Source: Eukaryota sp. TZLM1-RC (Eukaryota > Protista > Metamonada: BaSk clade). Taken from it: 64,000 bases of DNA. The notes beneath the pieces are model-generated. The model worked only from the letters and a program-made list of their open reading frames with translations, searched no databases and was not told where the DNA came from. The stretch lies in assembly GCA_040285825.1 (NCBI GenBank), contig JAUPSS010000004.1, forward strand, positions 2,522,550 through 2,586,549. The letters run 5' to 3'. Shown here one piece after another: positions 47,236 through 59,601 of this stretch. A program made the position numbers and the translations under genes. Position 1 is the stretch's first letter. Each line of letters starts with the position of its first letter.

Positions 47236-50200
47236 TTATTCACCCCCAAAATCCACACCCCTAACACCAACGTGCAACTTAGACCGAAGCAACCTCTGTT
47301 TCTTTGCTTTAAATGTACCAGAACAATTCGAAAACAAGGGTCCTATTTCAACATCAAACTTTTGTTCTTCATTGAAAGTTACAAAAAAATATTGGTCTTC
47401 ATTAAAATTATCTAATCGATAGTATAGTTCACAGTTTCCCCAATTAACTAATTCCTTGTTGGATTTATGTTTGCTAACTGTCATTATAAAATAAAGCTCT
47501 TTTTTGTCAGAAGTGGGGAAATTGGTGATTTGGGAAGAAAAACTATTGGGAACATTTGAGCTTCTACTGAATGATTTACCATCAACAGATGCAGAGAGCG
47601 GTGAACTATTTACTGATTTTAGTGATTGAATCCTGGAACGCAATACATTGCGAGTTGAAGAACCATTTATTTCGCCAGAATGTGAATGAGAAGGTGAACC
47701 TGTAGATGAACTGATTCGCTGATTGCTATTCAGATTTGCAGACGATTGAATATGTTGCTTCAAAGCAGCGTTTTCACCATCCAACTGATCCATTTTCTCA
47801 TTTAATTCAGATAATTTGGTTGATTGATGTTGAGATTGATTTAATAATTCCTCATATTCAAGTCTAAGACTTTGGTGACCGTCCTCACCATCCCGTTGAG
47901 TTTTGGGTTCAATTGCTTTAATTCTTTCAAGTTCCTTTCTCAATCTCAAATTTGAATCCACTACGGAATCAATGTAACGACCTTTGATTTCAAGAGACGC
48001 TTCCAAAGTTTTGATACTGTTCATGTACACTGTTGATGAAGACTCTTTCTCTTGCAAACGGAGTGACATGTTGCACACTTGTTTTTCCATTTCTGAAACT
48101 TTCACTTTTAAAGACTCATTTTCCTTCTTGAGGGGATTTATCTGGTGATGAAGTTCACGATTTTCATCAACCAACCCCTCATTCCTTTCACAAGACTCAT
48201 TGTATTGAGAATGGAGTTTGATTTGACTGTCAAGAGAATCATTGAGAGCCCTATGTTGTTCTTCCAATTCGGAAATGTGGCTTTTTTGAATTTCATTTTT
48301 CTGATTTAAATCTTCAATTAAACTCACCAAATCACATTTCTCTTCTTTTAGTTTCTTTAAAGTATTTGAATAATTTTCGTTTTGTGTTTTAAATGTCTTC
48401 ACTTCTGCTAAATGATCTGAACGTAATTCAGCAAAGGAGACTTCAGCTGCTTTAATTGATTGGCAAAGTTCAACATTTTCAGTAGTTTTTGATTCCAATT
48501 GAGTTTGTAATTGCAACAAGCTGTGGTTCAACCTTTGATTATCAATATTTAATTTCTTTATCTGGGCTTCCAACTGAGATATCTTAGTTTCTAATTCACT
48601 AAGGCTTGACGGATCAATAGTGGAATTCAGCTCAAAATTGAATTGTTTCAATTGTTGATTTTCCGTTTAAAAGTTTTTCATTTGCTTCTTCCTTAGTTTT
48701 GAAAGATTCTTCCAGCTGCTGAATGTCGTGTGAATGGCGTTTCTTTAAATCAGTATTAATATCTTCCAAACTTTGACATTTTGTTTTAACTTGTGTATTA
48801 TCTTGCTTCAATAAATCAATTTCCCTTTTCAAAGATTCAACAATATCCTTAGTGAGACTGAATTCTGCTGATATAATGTTGAGATTTTCCAATTGATGAG
48901 TTAATTGCTGCTTTTCGTTGTTTAATTGAATTAATTTCCTTTCCTGATCGCCATTAAGTTGATTTAATTCTTGGTTTTGTTTGTTTAATGATTCTTTTTC
49001 ACTGATCAAAGCCTTAATATTGTCTTTACCCGTTTTTAATTCCTTTGAATGTTCACTGATTTTAGCAGCACATTGTTGCACTTCATCTAGTAATTTATTA
49101 ATAGTACTCTGCATTCTTTGTTTTTCTGTATCTAATTCCTTGATTCGTGCATTAAATTCATCTTTTTTGTTAATAGAATCTGCTTTCAATCTATCGTAGC
49201 AAGCTTGAACATTGGAAATTTTACCTTCACCTTCATTGATAAGTGTTTGATTTTGGGCAAGTTTATCGTTAAGGACCGAAATTTCATCATTTTTACCATT
49301 CAATTCATTGGTTAAATCGGTAATTCTTTTCTGTAAATGTTTGGTGGATTCAAGAGATGAACTTTCTTGGTTGGTCAACTTTTGATTTAATTCCTTGTTG
49401 TCATTTTTCAGTGAGTCATTAATGCCATTAATTCGGCTTAATTCTTCTTGGAGTTGTTGGTTTTCTTGTTTAAGTTCATTTTCTAGAACAACAACACGCG
49501 GAACAACCTCCAAATTTTCATCAAGATTACCATCATTGATCTCTTCTTCATCAGAGGAACTGTCACTAAGGATCAATAAACCTGAACGCTTTCCTGAACG
49601 CGTATTTTCTATAATATTACCATGAATAGTTTGAATTGAATTAATATGTCTTTTTAATTCCTCTTGTTTTTGAAATAGTTCATCGATTTTGGAATTCGAA
49701 ATATTGATTTCACTTCTCAACTGATTGATTAATTGATCTCTATTGTTAATCTCTTGATCTTTGTGCTCCAAAATTTGGGACAATTCTTCAATTTTTAGAC
49801 AAAGATTAGACTTTTCCAGTGCTAGTTTTTGAATCAATTCAGCAGAATTTTGACAATTTTTCCTTGAATTTGGATTTATTTCATCTGGTAAAAGTGATTT
49901 TTCAGCTTGTTTTTCTAATAAACTCAAGGCTTCAATAATTTGATCAATTGTTGGTCTTTTTGAAGGTTCATTAGCTATGCAAGTATTAATCAAAATTTGC
50001 AAAACATCGGGAATTTTTTGATCAAATAATAGTTGTTTTTGATGAAATTTGGCTCCTAGAAAAGCTAATTGGGAATTTAAACCCTCAAAAGCTACATTAT
50101 TTGTGAGTAATTCATACAAAATTACACCAATAGAATAAACATCAGAAGCTTTGGTGATGCTATTATCAAAGACCTCCAAAGCGGCATATTTGGGGGTAAA

Positions 50201-50689
50201 TGTCAAAGAAGTGGAATTAGCAGTGTGATCAGCAATTACTCTGGAAGTACCAAAGTCAGCGAGTCGAATTTGGCCATTTACGAGCAAGATGTTTTGTGGT
50301 TTGAGATCACCATGAACAACAGATTTGGAATGGAGGACCTTCATGGCACAGCAAAGCTCCTTCGCCATAGCGAGAGTGTGTTTGTTGAGAGAAGAGGGAA
50401 TAGTGAGAGATGAGGTGGCAAGCTCCATTACTATACCGATCTTGTCGTCAATGTAGGTGACTCCAAAGACACGGAGAATAGCGGGACTGTTCAACATGGA
50501 AAGGAGAGAGATTTCCTTCTTCAGTTTGGCTTTTCCTTCGTCAGGAAGGAAGACAAGTTTGATGGCGACAGCCAGGGAGAACCATTTGGCAGAGAACACA
50601 GAAGCAAAGCCTCCTTGACCAATCTTCTGCCCCAGTACAATGTCAGCAGGATCGATCTCAGGACATGAATGATCGGAGGGTGAAGACAT
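47236..50689 (-). CDS. TKL-like protein kinase with long coiled-coil tail; single frameshift near 48663 (sequence error or pseudogene)
   Basis: GQGGFASV, VAIK, VHGDLKPQN, DFG, YAALE, SDVYSIG; removing one base at AAC-G(G)AA-AAT joins both ORFs as continuous coiled coil (LLNENQQLKQF); likely ATG at 50689. Confidence 0.8.
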
Positions 50690-50768
50690 AATGAAGTGGT
50701 GCAGGTGAAGGCCTGAATTTTTCACCAATGATAGCCTTGGATAATATGCTTTATTGTATTATAATTTA

Positions 50769-52534
50769 GGGACACCCTATTCTCACTCCCTGAATTCGCT
50801 TATTCTCACTCCCTGTTTCCCACTTGTTCAAACCATTGTTTCTGCTTGCATGTTGTAGCTTGAATATACTCTAGTTGATAGCACTTTATTTGTTCAACAT
50901 TTCTACTGATTGTTTGAGGATTGTTGTACCAGCTGCTCCAGTTGTTCTTTGAAAGGACAACGTCTTCGTGTATGTCCGGGATTTCGACATAAACTACATT
51001 TCCTGATGGTTCTTTGGATGACTGTGCCTTCAACAGAACCATTGTTTTGTATTTCTTCGGGGTTATTGGTTCTAGGCCTACCTCTTGATTGCGCAACTGT
51101 TGGAGGTAGAAGGCTGGATAATCTCAGTTGTCCAGCAGCAATCTGTTCTACTGTTGGACCTTCCAAATACCAGTGATGGTGAAACATGGTTGTGTCCAAA
51201 GACTTACGTTCTTTCAACAACTGTTGCAACTGCTTACAACAACAAAGACCTGTCTTCGCCATACACTTTTTTACACACACTTGAATCTCATCAGGAGTTC
51301 CTGATACAATTCTCACAACTTCCGCTGTCTTTTTGATGATGACATGAGATACCTTTCCATGAACTCTGTCGAACAACCATGCTGCTACATTTTTAAGCGT
51401 CTTTCTTTTACTCAGCTCAATAGAAGGTGATATTTTCTCCAACTGTTTTTCGATGAACTTAGCATTCATAATGACACTTTGTCCGAACTGACGTTGATTA
51501 ATTTTGAGGTCTCGCTTCATTGCATAATGTCCTGACTCAACTCTGGACGTAGTTGTTTGGCCCAAGAAATCTCGACCGTGTACAAAACATTTGATAAATG
51601 ACTCTCTCCTGGTCATCCACTAGTTCTTCACATAATGTAAGTCATCAGGGACGTTGCTAAATTCATTGAGAAATTCTTCATAAGCAGTACTATGTTGATC
51701 TTCATTAGGTTCATTGATCATTCTCAGGAATCTGTTTATAAAGTAATTGAATTCTGAGTATAAGCCAAATTTTTTCTGACAATGACGCTGAATATTTTGG
51801 CAAATGTGCCATAAACATAGTACTTGGTGGCTTTCTGGTTAGATATCTGTGAGAGAATTTGTTAACGCTTGTTCCTGATCCAACACAAATACTTCTGGAA
51901 TTACTGAACAAATGCTCTGTAACTGTGATAGGATCCATGTATAATCAACAGTTGTTTCGGATTTCATGTAACAAAATCCGGCATGATAAGTCATAAACGT
52001 CGGCGTTGTACCCACAATGGCCAATAAAGGTAATTGATTAACTTCTGTTTTGTAAGTGCAATCAATTTGAACCACTGTATGAAATTTTTCATAGTACCTT
52101 AATGATTTTTTATGCAAAAACAAAAAGTGAGTCACATGACCTTCTCTGTTTCACAAAAAACGTACTATGAAAGTCTTTTGATGCAAATCCGCGATAAGCT
52201 TTTCTACAGATGGTTTTAATCCTAAAGCATCAGTCATAGAACCTTTTAAGTTATGAATGACTTGTGCAACAATACAACAATTGGAATCCTTTAGTTTTAA
52301 GCAGTCGACTATTTGGTCAGCGGGAATCCATGATTGAATTAAGTACAGTGCTGAATTTCATCATCGCTGACAGAGCACTCAGAATCAGGTGAAGAAACAT
52401 CAAGATATAAGTCACCAGGATCATATTCATTGGGGTGAGATTTATGGTCCATGTAAAGTTTTCGGAGGGAGTGAGATTAAGCGAATTCAGGGAGTGAGAT
52501 TAAGCGAATTCAGGGAGTGAGAATAAGGCGTATC
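50769..52534 (-). mobile_element. Mutator-like (MULE) DNA transposon, frameshifted
   Basis: TIRs built from 23-bp units (ATTCTCACTCCCTGAATTCGCTT); 9-bp TSD TATAATTTA (50760-50768, 52535-52543); DCTYKT...LPLL, LDQEQAL, TTTSRVESGH and CSLCRNPGHTRRRC motifs. Confidence 0.93.
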
Positions 52535-52823
52535 TATAATTTATTGCAATTTATTGTACACTTAAGTATTTGTTTGTACTTTTAAGTATTGTATTGTATT
52601 GCTTAAGCCGAAGGAAACCTTTTTGTCTTCATAATAAATTACTTTACATCTCTTAGGTATACTGTGTCTAACCCCCGCAGATCATCAATAGCTATTGGAT
52701 CCACTTCGGCGGGTTCGAAAGACGCATCCGAGTCTGGTAGGACTGATCCTCGTCCAGCTCAAAACCTGAGTTCTTCCTCGCGAACTCCTCAGTCGGGAAC
52801 AGAACACCCCTCTTCAACTGGGA

Positions 52824-53330
52824 ACGATTGGCTGGAAGTCTTTCTTTTATATAAGCTTCCAAAAGATAACAAAGCTGAAGATAATAAGTGAACAACACCT
52901 TTGAAAATTGAAAATACAATTCTGCTTTGCCAAGAACTGTTGTCAGAAACTCTTCCAGTACGTTGTTTCACAATTTCAACAAAATCATCCAAGAAAGATG
53001 AAGCAAAAGGTCCAAGCGAGCCATGAAAGGAAACTGCAAATGGACAGAGGACATTATGAGTATGTCATTCTGCATTCAAGGATCTTTATATTTGTCAATT
53101 TTGGCTTTTTCGGAAACAATTAAGGGGTCCTTATAATTTGATTGAGCCATTGGTATAAAAGAATCATTAGACACACCAGTGGATCTCACATCCGTTATAA
53201 TGGTAGTACCTTCAAAACCCTCAAGCATTCAATCACCCCTATTTCAACCAAAAGAATTCAAAGTATCTTCATCAACCTAAATACTAAAAAATGGGAATAT
53301 TCTCACAGTAACAGTGCTTGTTATAATTAA
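52824..53330 (-). mobile_element. RLE retrotransposon fragment, family E
   Basis: NRGD...TDVRST, RTGRVSDNSSWQSRIVFSIFKG; inserted into the partial Gypsy gag region. Confidence 0.75.
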
Positions 53331-54869
53331 TAAACATCGCTGTCCTACAATACACATTCACATTCATATTTATTATTCAAATAGTTATGATGATCGAGGA
53401 CAACATTATTTGTCATAGTGAGAGTGTTTTAGGGCGAGTCTAACAATTGTTTTAAGAAGGGAATCAACTGCAGGTATAAGGTGAAAACAAGTCACAAATG
53501 AGTAGAAAAACACATAAAAAAGTACAGGGGGGGTCCTAAGGCTGCGAAAAGAAGGTAAGTGAGGGAAACAAGAATGAATCAGAAACAAACTACTTATAAA
53601 AACCACACAAGAGATCAAAATAGAACACGGTATTGAAAAAAAACATTTGTTGTGCAAGGAGAGATATTCAAGGTTCCGTTGCGGATATAATCAGAATCTA
53701 GTTTAGGAAGTGAGGGGAAATGATAGAATAGTGAAAACTCTTGAAACAAAACTGAAAGTTAAAAACTTCCCAGAACAGGCAACCATAAGTCGACAATGGG
53801 GCGAGGGGAGTTCTACTTTTCCTCCTTTTACGTTGACGTTTCTTGCTGGAGATACCGTCACACCACTCAATTTAACGGGTCCTTTCTCTTACACTCCTCA
53901 GTTGGGAACAGAACCACCCTCTGCTGACGAGGAAAATGTTACTTCCTCTCACACTCAGCTTTGGGATATCACTCCACCTTCGAATGTTCCTGTAGTTCCT
54001 ATCAATCTCCCTGTTCCCCCTGACAAGGACTTTGATTGTTTTGCACATCTCTCTTCTCCCAAGAAATCTGAGGGAAAGAACGAGGAACCCATGAAAGGGC
54101 CCAAAATTTTGATAGTTTAGACAAATATCTGAAGTACATCTTAGAGGAGACTGACCCTGACTCAGCCAGCAACAAGATTTCGGACTTGTCCACTATTGTT
54201 CCACAGTTACTATTATTCGACATTCTGAAAATTGACCAGAAGCAACTAAATCAATATTTCCAGTCTTTTTAGAAACAGAAAATGCAATTCTATTTTGCGA
54301 ATAAAGTACTATTCAGTTCCGGTAGTACAATTGGGTTCGAATTCTGTTATCCTTATAAGATGGCAATGAACGAATGATACAAAACCTAACTTTGTAGAAA
54401 TTTGACTAAGACCTTTTCGATAAACATTTATTTATGCAGGAAACAGTTCCAGGCCAGCGTTGGATGTGATTTTTGTGTTACTGATCTATTACAATCAGTG
54501 AATTACATGCAATCCAACAGCCGTTTGCACAATGTCTTGCAGTGAAAAACCGAAATACAATAATAAAGAGGAAAAAAGGTTTTTGACATATTCTATAATT
54601 TTCATTTTCTAATCGCATAGATGAATCAGTTTAATATCACTTCGATTTAGTTCAGAAAACTAAATCAGCTTCAATCAAACCTACTGAAGTGTAAATGATG
54701 GCAAAGTTGTGTTATCTGAAGAACATGCTTTGATCACAGTAACTACCACAAAATCAATTCAATACTGTTAGCAGCTAATGGTTATTAGTAATAAGTAACT
54801 AGTAGCTAGTTAAATGAATAAATTTAACTTCAAACATTATGAAGTATTTTAGTTCGAATGAATGCATGT

Positions 54870-55550
54870 AATTTATTAAACATGTACACTTAATAAAATT
54901 AACTCATAACTAATGGGAGGAAATGTATTGAACCAAGTTTTCCTCTACAAAACTTTAATCTGCTGGCTGTCTCGCTGAGACCTCCCCAATTCGATTGAAA
55001 AACCAAGGTTATCTATTCATAATGGCAAATTGAATCCGTGAGCGCCAAAAAATAATATCAAATATTTTCATTGTTTTTTTCTTGAACCATTTTTTGGAAG
55101 TCATTCAAAAAGGTTCCTGCTTCTATTGATAGTCTTCCGTTTATAGGTCAATAGGAAAGCAATAAAATCAAGTGCTCTATCTCTACCAGCATTAGCATCT
55201 TCAATATCATTGTCATTTCTTCTATGTTTTTCTTTAGCTTTCAATTCAAAAGCACCTACATGATTAAGTTTTCTTCTTTGAATCAAAGTGTCATTTGCAA
55301 CATTACAGGATACAAATTCAACAACAGCTTCAGAGTTATCAACCCAATCACAGGAAACATCATCTCTATCATTAGAACCAAAATTATTCAGAGAAAGTGT
55401 TTCCTTCAGCAGAGGCTCTTTGATACACGATATTCTTGCAGTTTGTCCCACATTGAAAACAGTGTCTCTAACAGCATCATGTAGTGAAAAACGATAATTT
55501 ATCAGTTTAGAACAATTCAGAGCATGACGCAAAGTGAGCTGTGGTAAGCT
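54870..55550 (-). mobile_element. RLE retrotransposon 3' fragment, family C
   Basis: ORF 55101-55532 and 3' UTR match 21600-22275 (HALNCSK...LHDAVRDTVFN...FVSCNVANDTL). Confidence 0.9.
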
Positions 55551-56151
55551 GCCGCAGAACTTTTTCGAATGTTATTTGAAAAATTGTTCCAACAACTGCT
55601 TTTTAAGTTTTGACAAAGCAAAATCTCACTTCATAATTCAATCTGACATACAATTTAACAAAAGGATGCTGAACCTTTCTCAAGCAAAAAGCAAAATAAG
55701 GGAGTGATTGATTTGGAACGTCTTGAACATTTTGATGAAAACTCTCAGATTAAAAGTCATTGGGCAAATTGTCTAATTCAAATTCTATTTGGAAAGCCAT
55801 CCATTGATGGCATCAGAAGTTTTTCAGTAATCAAAAAGAGACCACGTGAAAAATCTTCAGGTGTTCTGAAGTAAACGATCAAAACACCACTGAAAGTGTT
55901 GAAAAGTTTGATTCCAAAAGATTCCCTATTGATTAGAAGAACATCATAAGATATTCTTTGATGAAGTTCAAAAAAAGTGTTTTCCACTTCCTAGAAAGGA
56001 CGCTTTTGACAGAATCGATGATCTTGAAAATCTAACGCCATCTAAAAGGTAGATGATATTGAATCATAGATTCATTGACTTCTAGCAGAGAAGAAATGAA
56101 TTTGACCATGAGTTTGTTAAAAAATGTGTAAAAAGAAATAAACATCGCAGG

Positions 56152-56310
56152 TGATGATCTGTGGGGGTTAGACATAGTAAACCTGAAATGTAAAGTAATT
56201 TATTACAAGGAAAAGAGGATTTCCCTTAACTTAAGCGCGGGGGCGCAATGATACAATATACTACAAATATACTATAAATAAAGTATTATAAATATTATCC
56301 AAGGCTAACA
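56152..56310 (-). repeat. 3' LTR of Gypsy element 2 (159 bp)
   Basis: Direct repeat of 63257-63404 with scattered substitutions and one 11-bp indel. Confidence 0.93.
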
Positions 56311-59300
56311 CTGACCTTTCTTCTGTTCGAGCGTCGAGGCCTGATAGGAGTAGGATTAACATTATTATTAATATTATCAGAACGACGTTTACGGGGTGAA
56401 GGACGAGAGCGAGTATTAGACATAGAGTTGGAGAATTCTTTGTAAGCAGAGGTGTTTTGAACAGTCGAAACCAGGTCAGTGGTATTATGATTGCCAGGCC
56501 ATTGGACTTGACAGTAATCACCATCCTGACTGAGGACTTTCTGAATCACGTGCTGTTCAGCATCGACAGCAGCAACCCAGGAGTGAAATTCATCATCTGC
56601 TGGTAAACTGGAATGCCAAGGTTGGAGGTGCTTCAGACTGGCTTTAACAACCATATCAGTACCCAGATTCTTGATATCAGCTGTGAAGGGAGAGGGTGTG
56701 TCTATAACTAAGAATGGCCCTTTGTAATTACCATGTAACTTAGTAGTGGAAGACGAAGCTCGTTTGACCAATTGGCCAGGAGAAAAAGGGTTAGCTTCGA
56801 TTTGGGAATCACGAGGAGGAGCCTTGGAAGCTTGGTGGAGCTCTGCTTCCTCCTGTTTCTTCTTCAATCTAGCAAATTTAGATTGAATGTCGTTGATATA
56901 GGTTGACTCAAACGTTGAGCTTTCGAGGGTCTCTATGATTTTGCCGGGGTCAGCTTTGGGGCTAAAATCTGAACCAAACATGAGCACGTATGGAGAGTAA
57001 CCTGTAATCGAACCCTTGGATGAGTTGATTAACAATTGTACATAGGGTATGTACTCTGACCATGCATCGTAGGCGTTACAATCTACGAGCAGCTTCCTCA
57101 AATTCTGCAGAATGTCACGGTGACGGAGTTCGACTAAACCGTTGGACTGAGAGAAGTGAGGGACGGACTTTGAGACCTCTATGCCCAAAATCTCACATAG
57201 AGCGTCGAAGACAGCTTTTGAGAACTTTGGACCGTTGTCACTATGAACTATGAACGGGATCCCGAATATCGCGCATACCTTCCATATGAGAGCGTCAGAG
57301 GTAAGGTTGGCGTTTAGTTCTTTGAGAGGGACTATGATAGTGAACCTCGTGAAGCTATCCACAAATACAAGAATGTATCTGTGATCGTCTTGATCTTCTG
57401 GAAGAGGACCAATGACGTCAACGTTAACTCTTGCAAATGGTCTGTCAGCCCACAAGGTACCAGTTGTGGGGACATGCAGTTTGGGGACTGCTGCTGTCTT
57501 CTGACAGGAGGGGCATTCCTGGACGTACTTGGTCATGTCAGAAAGCATGTTAAGCCACCAGTAGTCACTGTTCTTGAGTCTGAGGAGACTTTTTGCCTTA
57601 CTGGGGTGGCCACCTTGCGGGAGTCCATGTAGAAGGTGAAGCGTATCCTTAACCAGTGATTGAGGAATCACGATCTTGTGCTCTGGAGTTAGATTTGAGA
57701 TCTAGACGACTATCCAAAGTACAGTTGTTTAACGAGGTGTCCTGATTAGCGAGGGCTCGCTTTTGTTCGGACCTGATCTTGCAGAGCCATGGCTCGAAGA
57801 GTGGGAGGTCATTGGAGCATTTATCTTGAAGGATAAGCACCTTCTCGAATGTATGGAGATCTTCAACGAAGCATCTCTCTGACTCAGTTTCATTAATCCT
57901 ATTTGTAGATAGGGTGAAACTCTTAGTCGTTGGAATGGACCAGATGGTTGATGGTATGATTGTCTTGGGGCGGTACTATCCTAGATAGCATATCTGTTCA
58001 ATGGTTCTCTTCCCCTTTTGTATAAACGATGTCGAATAGGAACTCAGAAAAGATGGAAAGCCACCTTCTGACTATTCTGTTTTTGTTCGGAGCGGTAAGC
58101 ATGTAAGTAAGGTTTCGGTGATCTGTAAAAATGATTAGACGCCTTCCTTTGAGGTAGTTTTCGAAGCCACTTTCGTTAAGCATGAGAAGGATAGCATAAA
58201 GCTCTTTCTGTACCGTGGGCCAGTTCTGCTGGGAGTTAGTCAACAATCTGCTGAAGAAGCTGATTGGTCTACATTTCCTATTGAGTAAAGAAGTACAAGC
58301 TCCCTAGTGGGTTCTATTTGTTCTCAAATCACGTTGCTAACTGCTATATCGGAGACATCACAACTAATTAGTACTTGGTTATCCACCGGAGGTAAGTTTT
58401 AGGGCATATGCTCCGCGATCAGACGTTTAATTTCGGCTAAATGGTGTTCGTGAGTGTCTTTCCACTGCAAGCGACGTGGTTTGTCATGTGTTAGTTTGAT
58501 GATCGGGGCAACATGATTGGTTACCTGGGGAAGCCATTCCCTAATGAAGTTGACTGAACCGATAAGGCTACGGGCGTTTTTCACAATCTTAGGTCTGGGA
58601 AGATTCAGTAAAAACTCTGTGCGTGTAGGATCTATGGCCTGGTTCTGTGTTGGAATCTGCTAACAAGGATCTTTATTGGGTGTCTAGGGGACACAAAATG
58701 GCACTTGGGTATTCCAAGGCTAACTCTACGGGTTCGAGTCTTCTCAAGGACACATCTTAGACGTCCGGGGAATTCGTTGAAAGTTCTACCTACTATGATG
58801 ATGTCATCTATATAGATGAATACACCGTCTCCGGAGAAGATCTCTGCCATAACGTTCTGGAAAACTGTAGGAACGTTCTTGAGGCCGAAATCAGAACATT
58901 TAAACATGATACATTTGCCAGGAATGCTTGAGGCAGCCTTCTCCCCAGTCTTTTTCTGCAATTTTTAATTGCCAAAAGGCAGTGGGGAGGTCAAGGGTAC
59001 CGATGAAATTGGCTTCCGAAAGGAAGACTAGCACGTCGGAAATTCTAGGGAGATTAGGTTCAACGGGAACAGATTTGGCGTTGACTCCGTCCTTGCCGTT
59101 CTAATCACCAGTAAGGCGAGGCTTGAGATGATCACGGTATACCACAAGACATAATGGAGAGCTGAACTCATGGTTCGATGGTACAGCAAATCCAGACTCG
59201 ACGAATTCGTCGAAGATCTGTTCGGCGATTCTCTGCTTCTCGGGGTTTAACCTACGAGGGGGTCGTCTCACTCGAATACTTTCATCGTGAAAGTTGATCT

Positions 59301-59601
59301 CCATTGGAGGACAGTCAATCCCATCCGCATGCGGCTTGAGGGTGAATGTCTCTGCGAACTCTTTCAAGGTTAGAAGTAAGGTCTTCTTGTCGTTATCGCA
59401 GTCGAGGTTAATAGTGCAACCAGAAGACTGTATGTGCTCCATCCAACGTCAATGGACGTTGACGACATCTGAGACTTGGGAGATTCGATGATCGAACTCA
59501 TCCTTAGGCAGACGTAATGTACGATGTTCCTCATCCATCTTGATGAAGAGGCCTTCATCGTTCAATAAGCCTAGGTGATGCAACAAGTCTCTACCGATTA
59601 G

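Larger units (their letters stand above)
50729..54210 (+). mobile_element. Partial Gypsy element of the element 2 family (5' LTR 50729-52687 split by a MULE; gag 5' region split by an RLE fragment)
   Basis: TGATAGCCTTGGATAATAT start; LTR end ...TCTAACCCCCGCAGATCATCA at 52687; SNPRRSSI...SGTE (52664-52823) and TPQLGTE...VPVVPI.LPVPP (53800-54120) are collinear with 62750-63280. Confidence 0.85.

Noticed and set aside
48632-48680. Intron joining the two kinase ORFs
   Set aside because: No GT donor or NTNAYNNYAG acceptor at the junction; a single-base indel explains it.
52466-52534. 23-bp direct repeats resembling a CRISPR array (mirrored at 50769-50815)
   Set aside because: Head-to-tail with no spacers; they form the MULE terminal inverted repeats bounded by a 9-bp TSD.
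54270-54290. tRNA T-loop-like GGTTCGAAT
   Set aside because: No acceptor stem, D-arm or anticodon arm around it.
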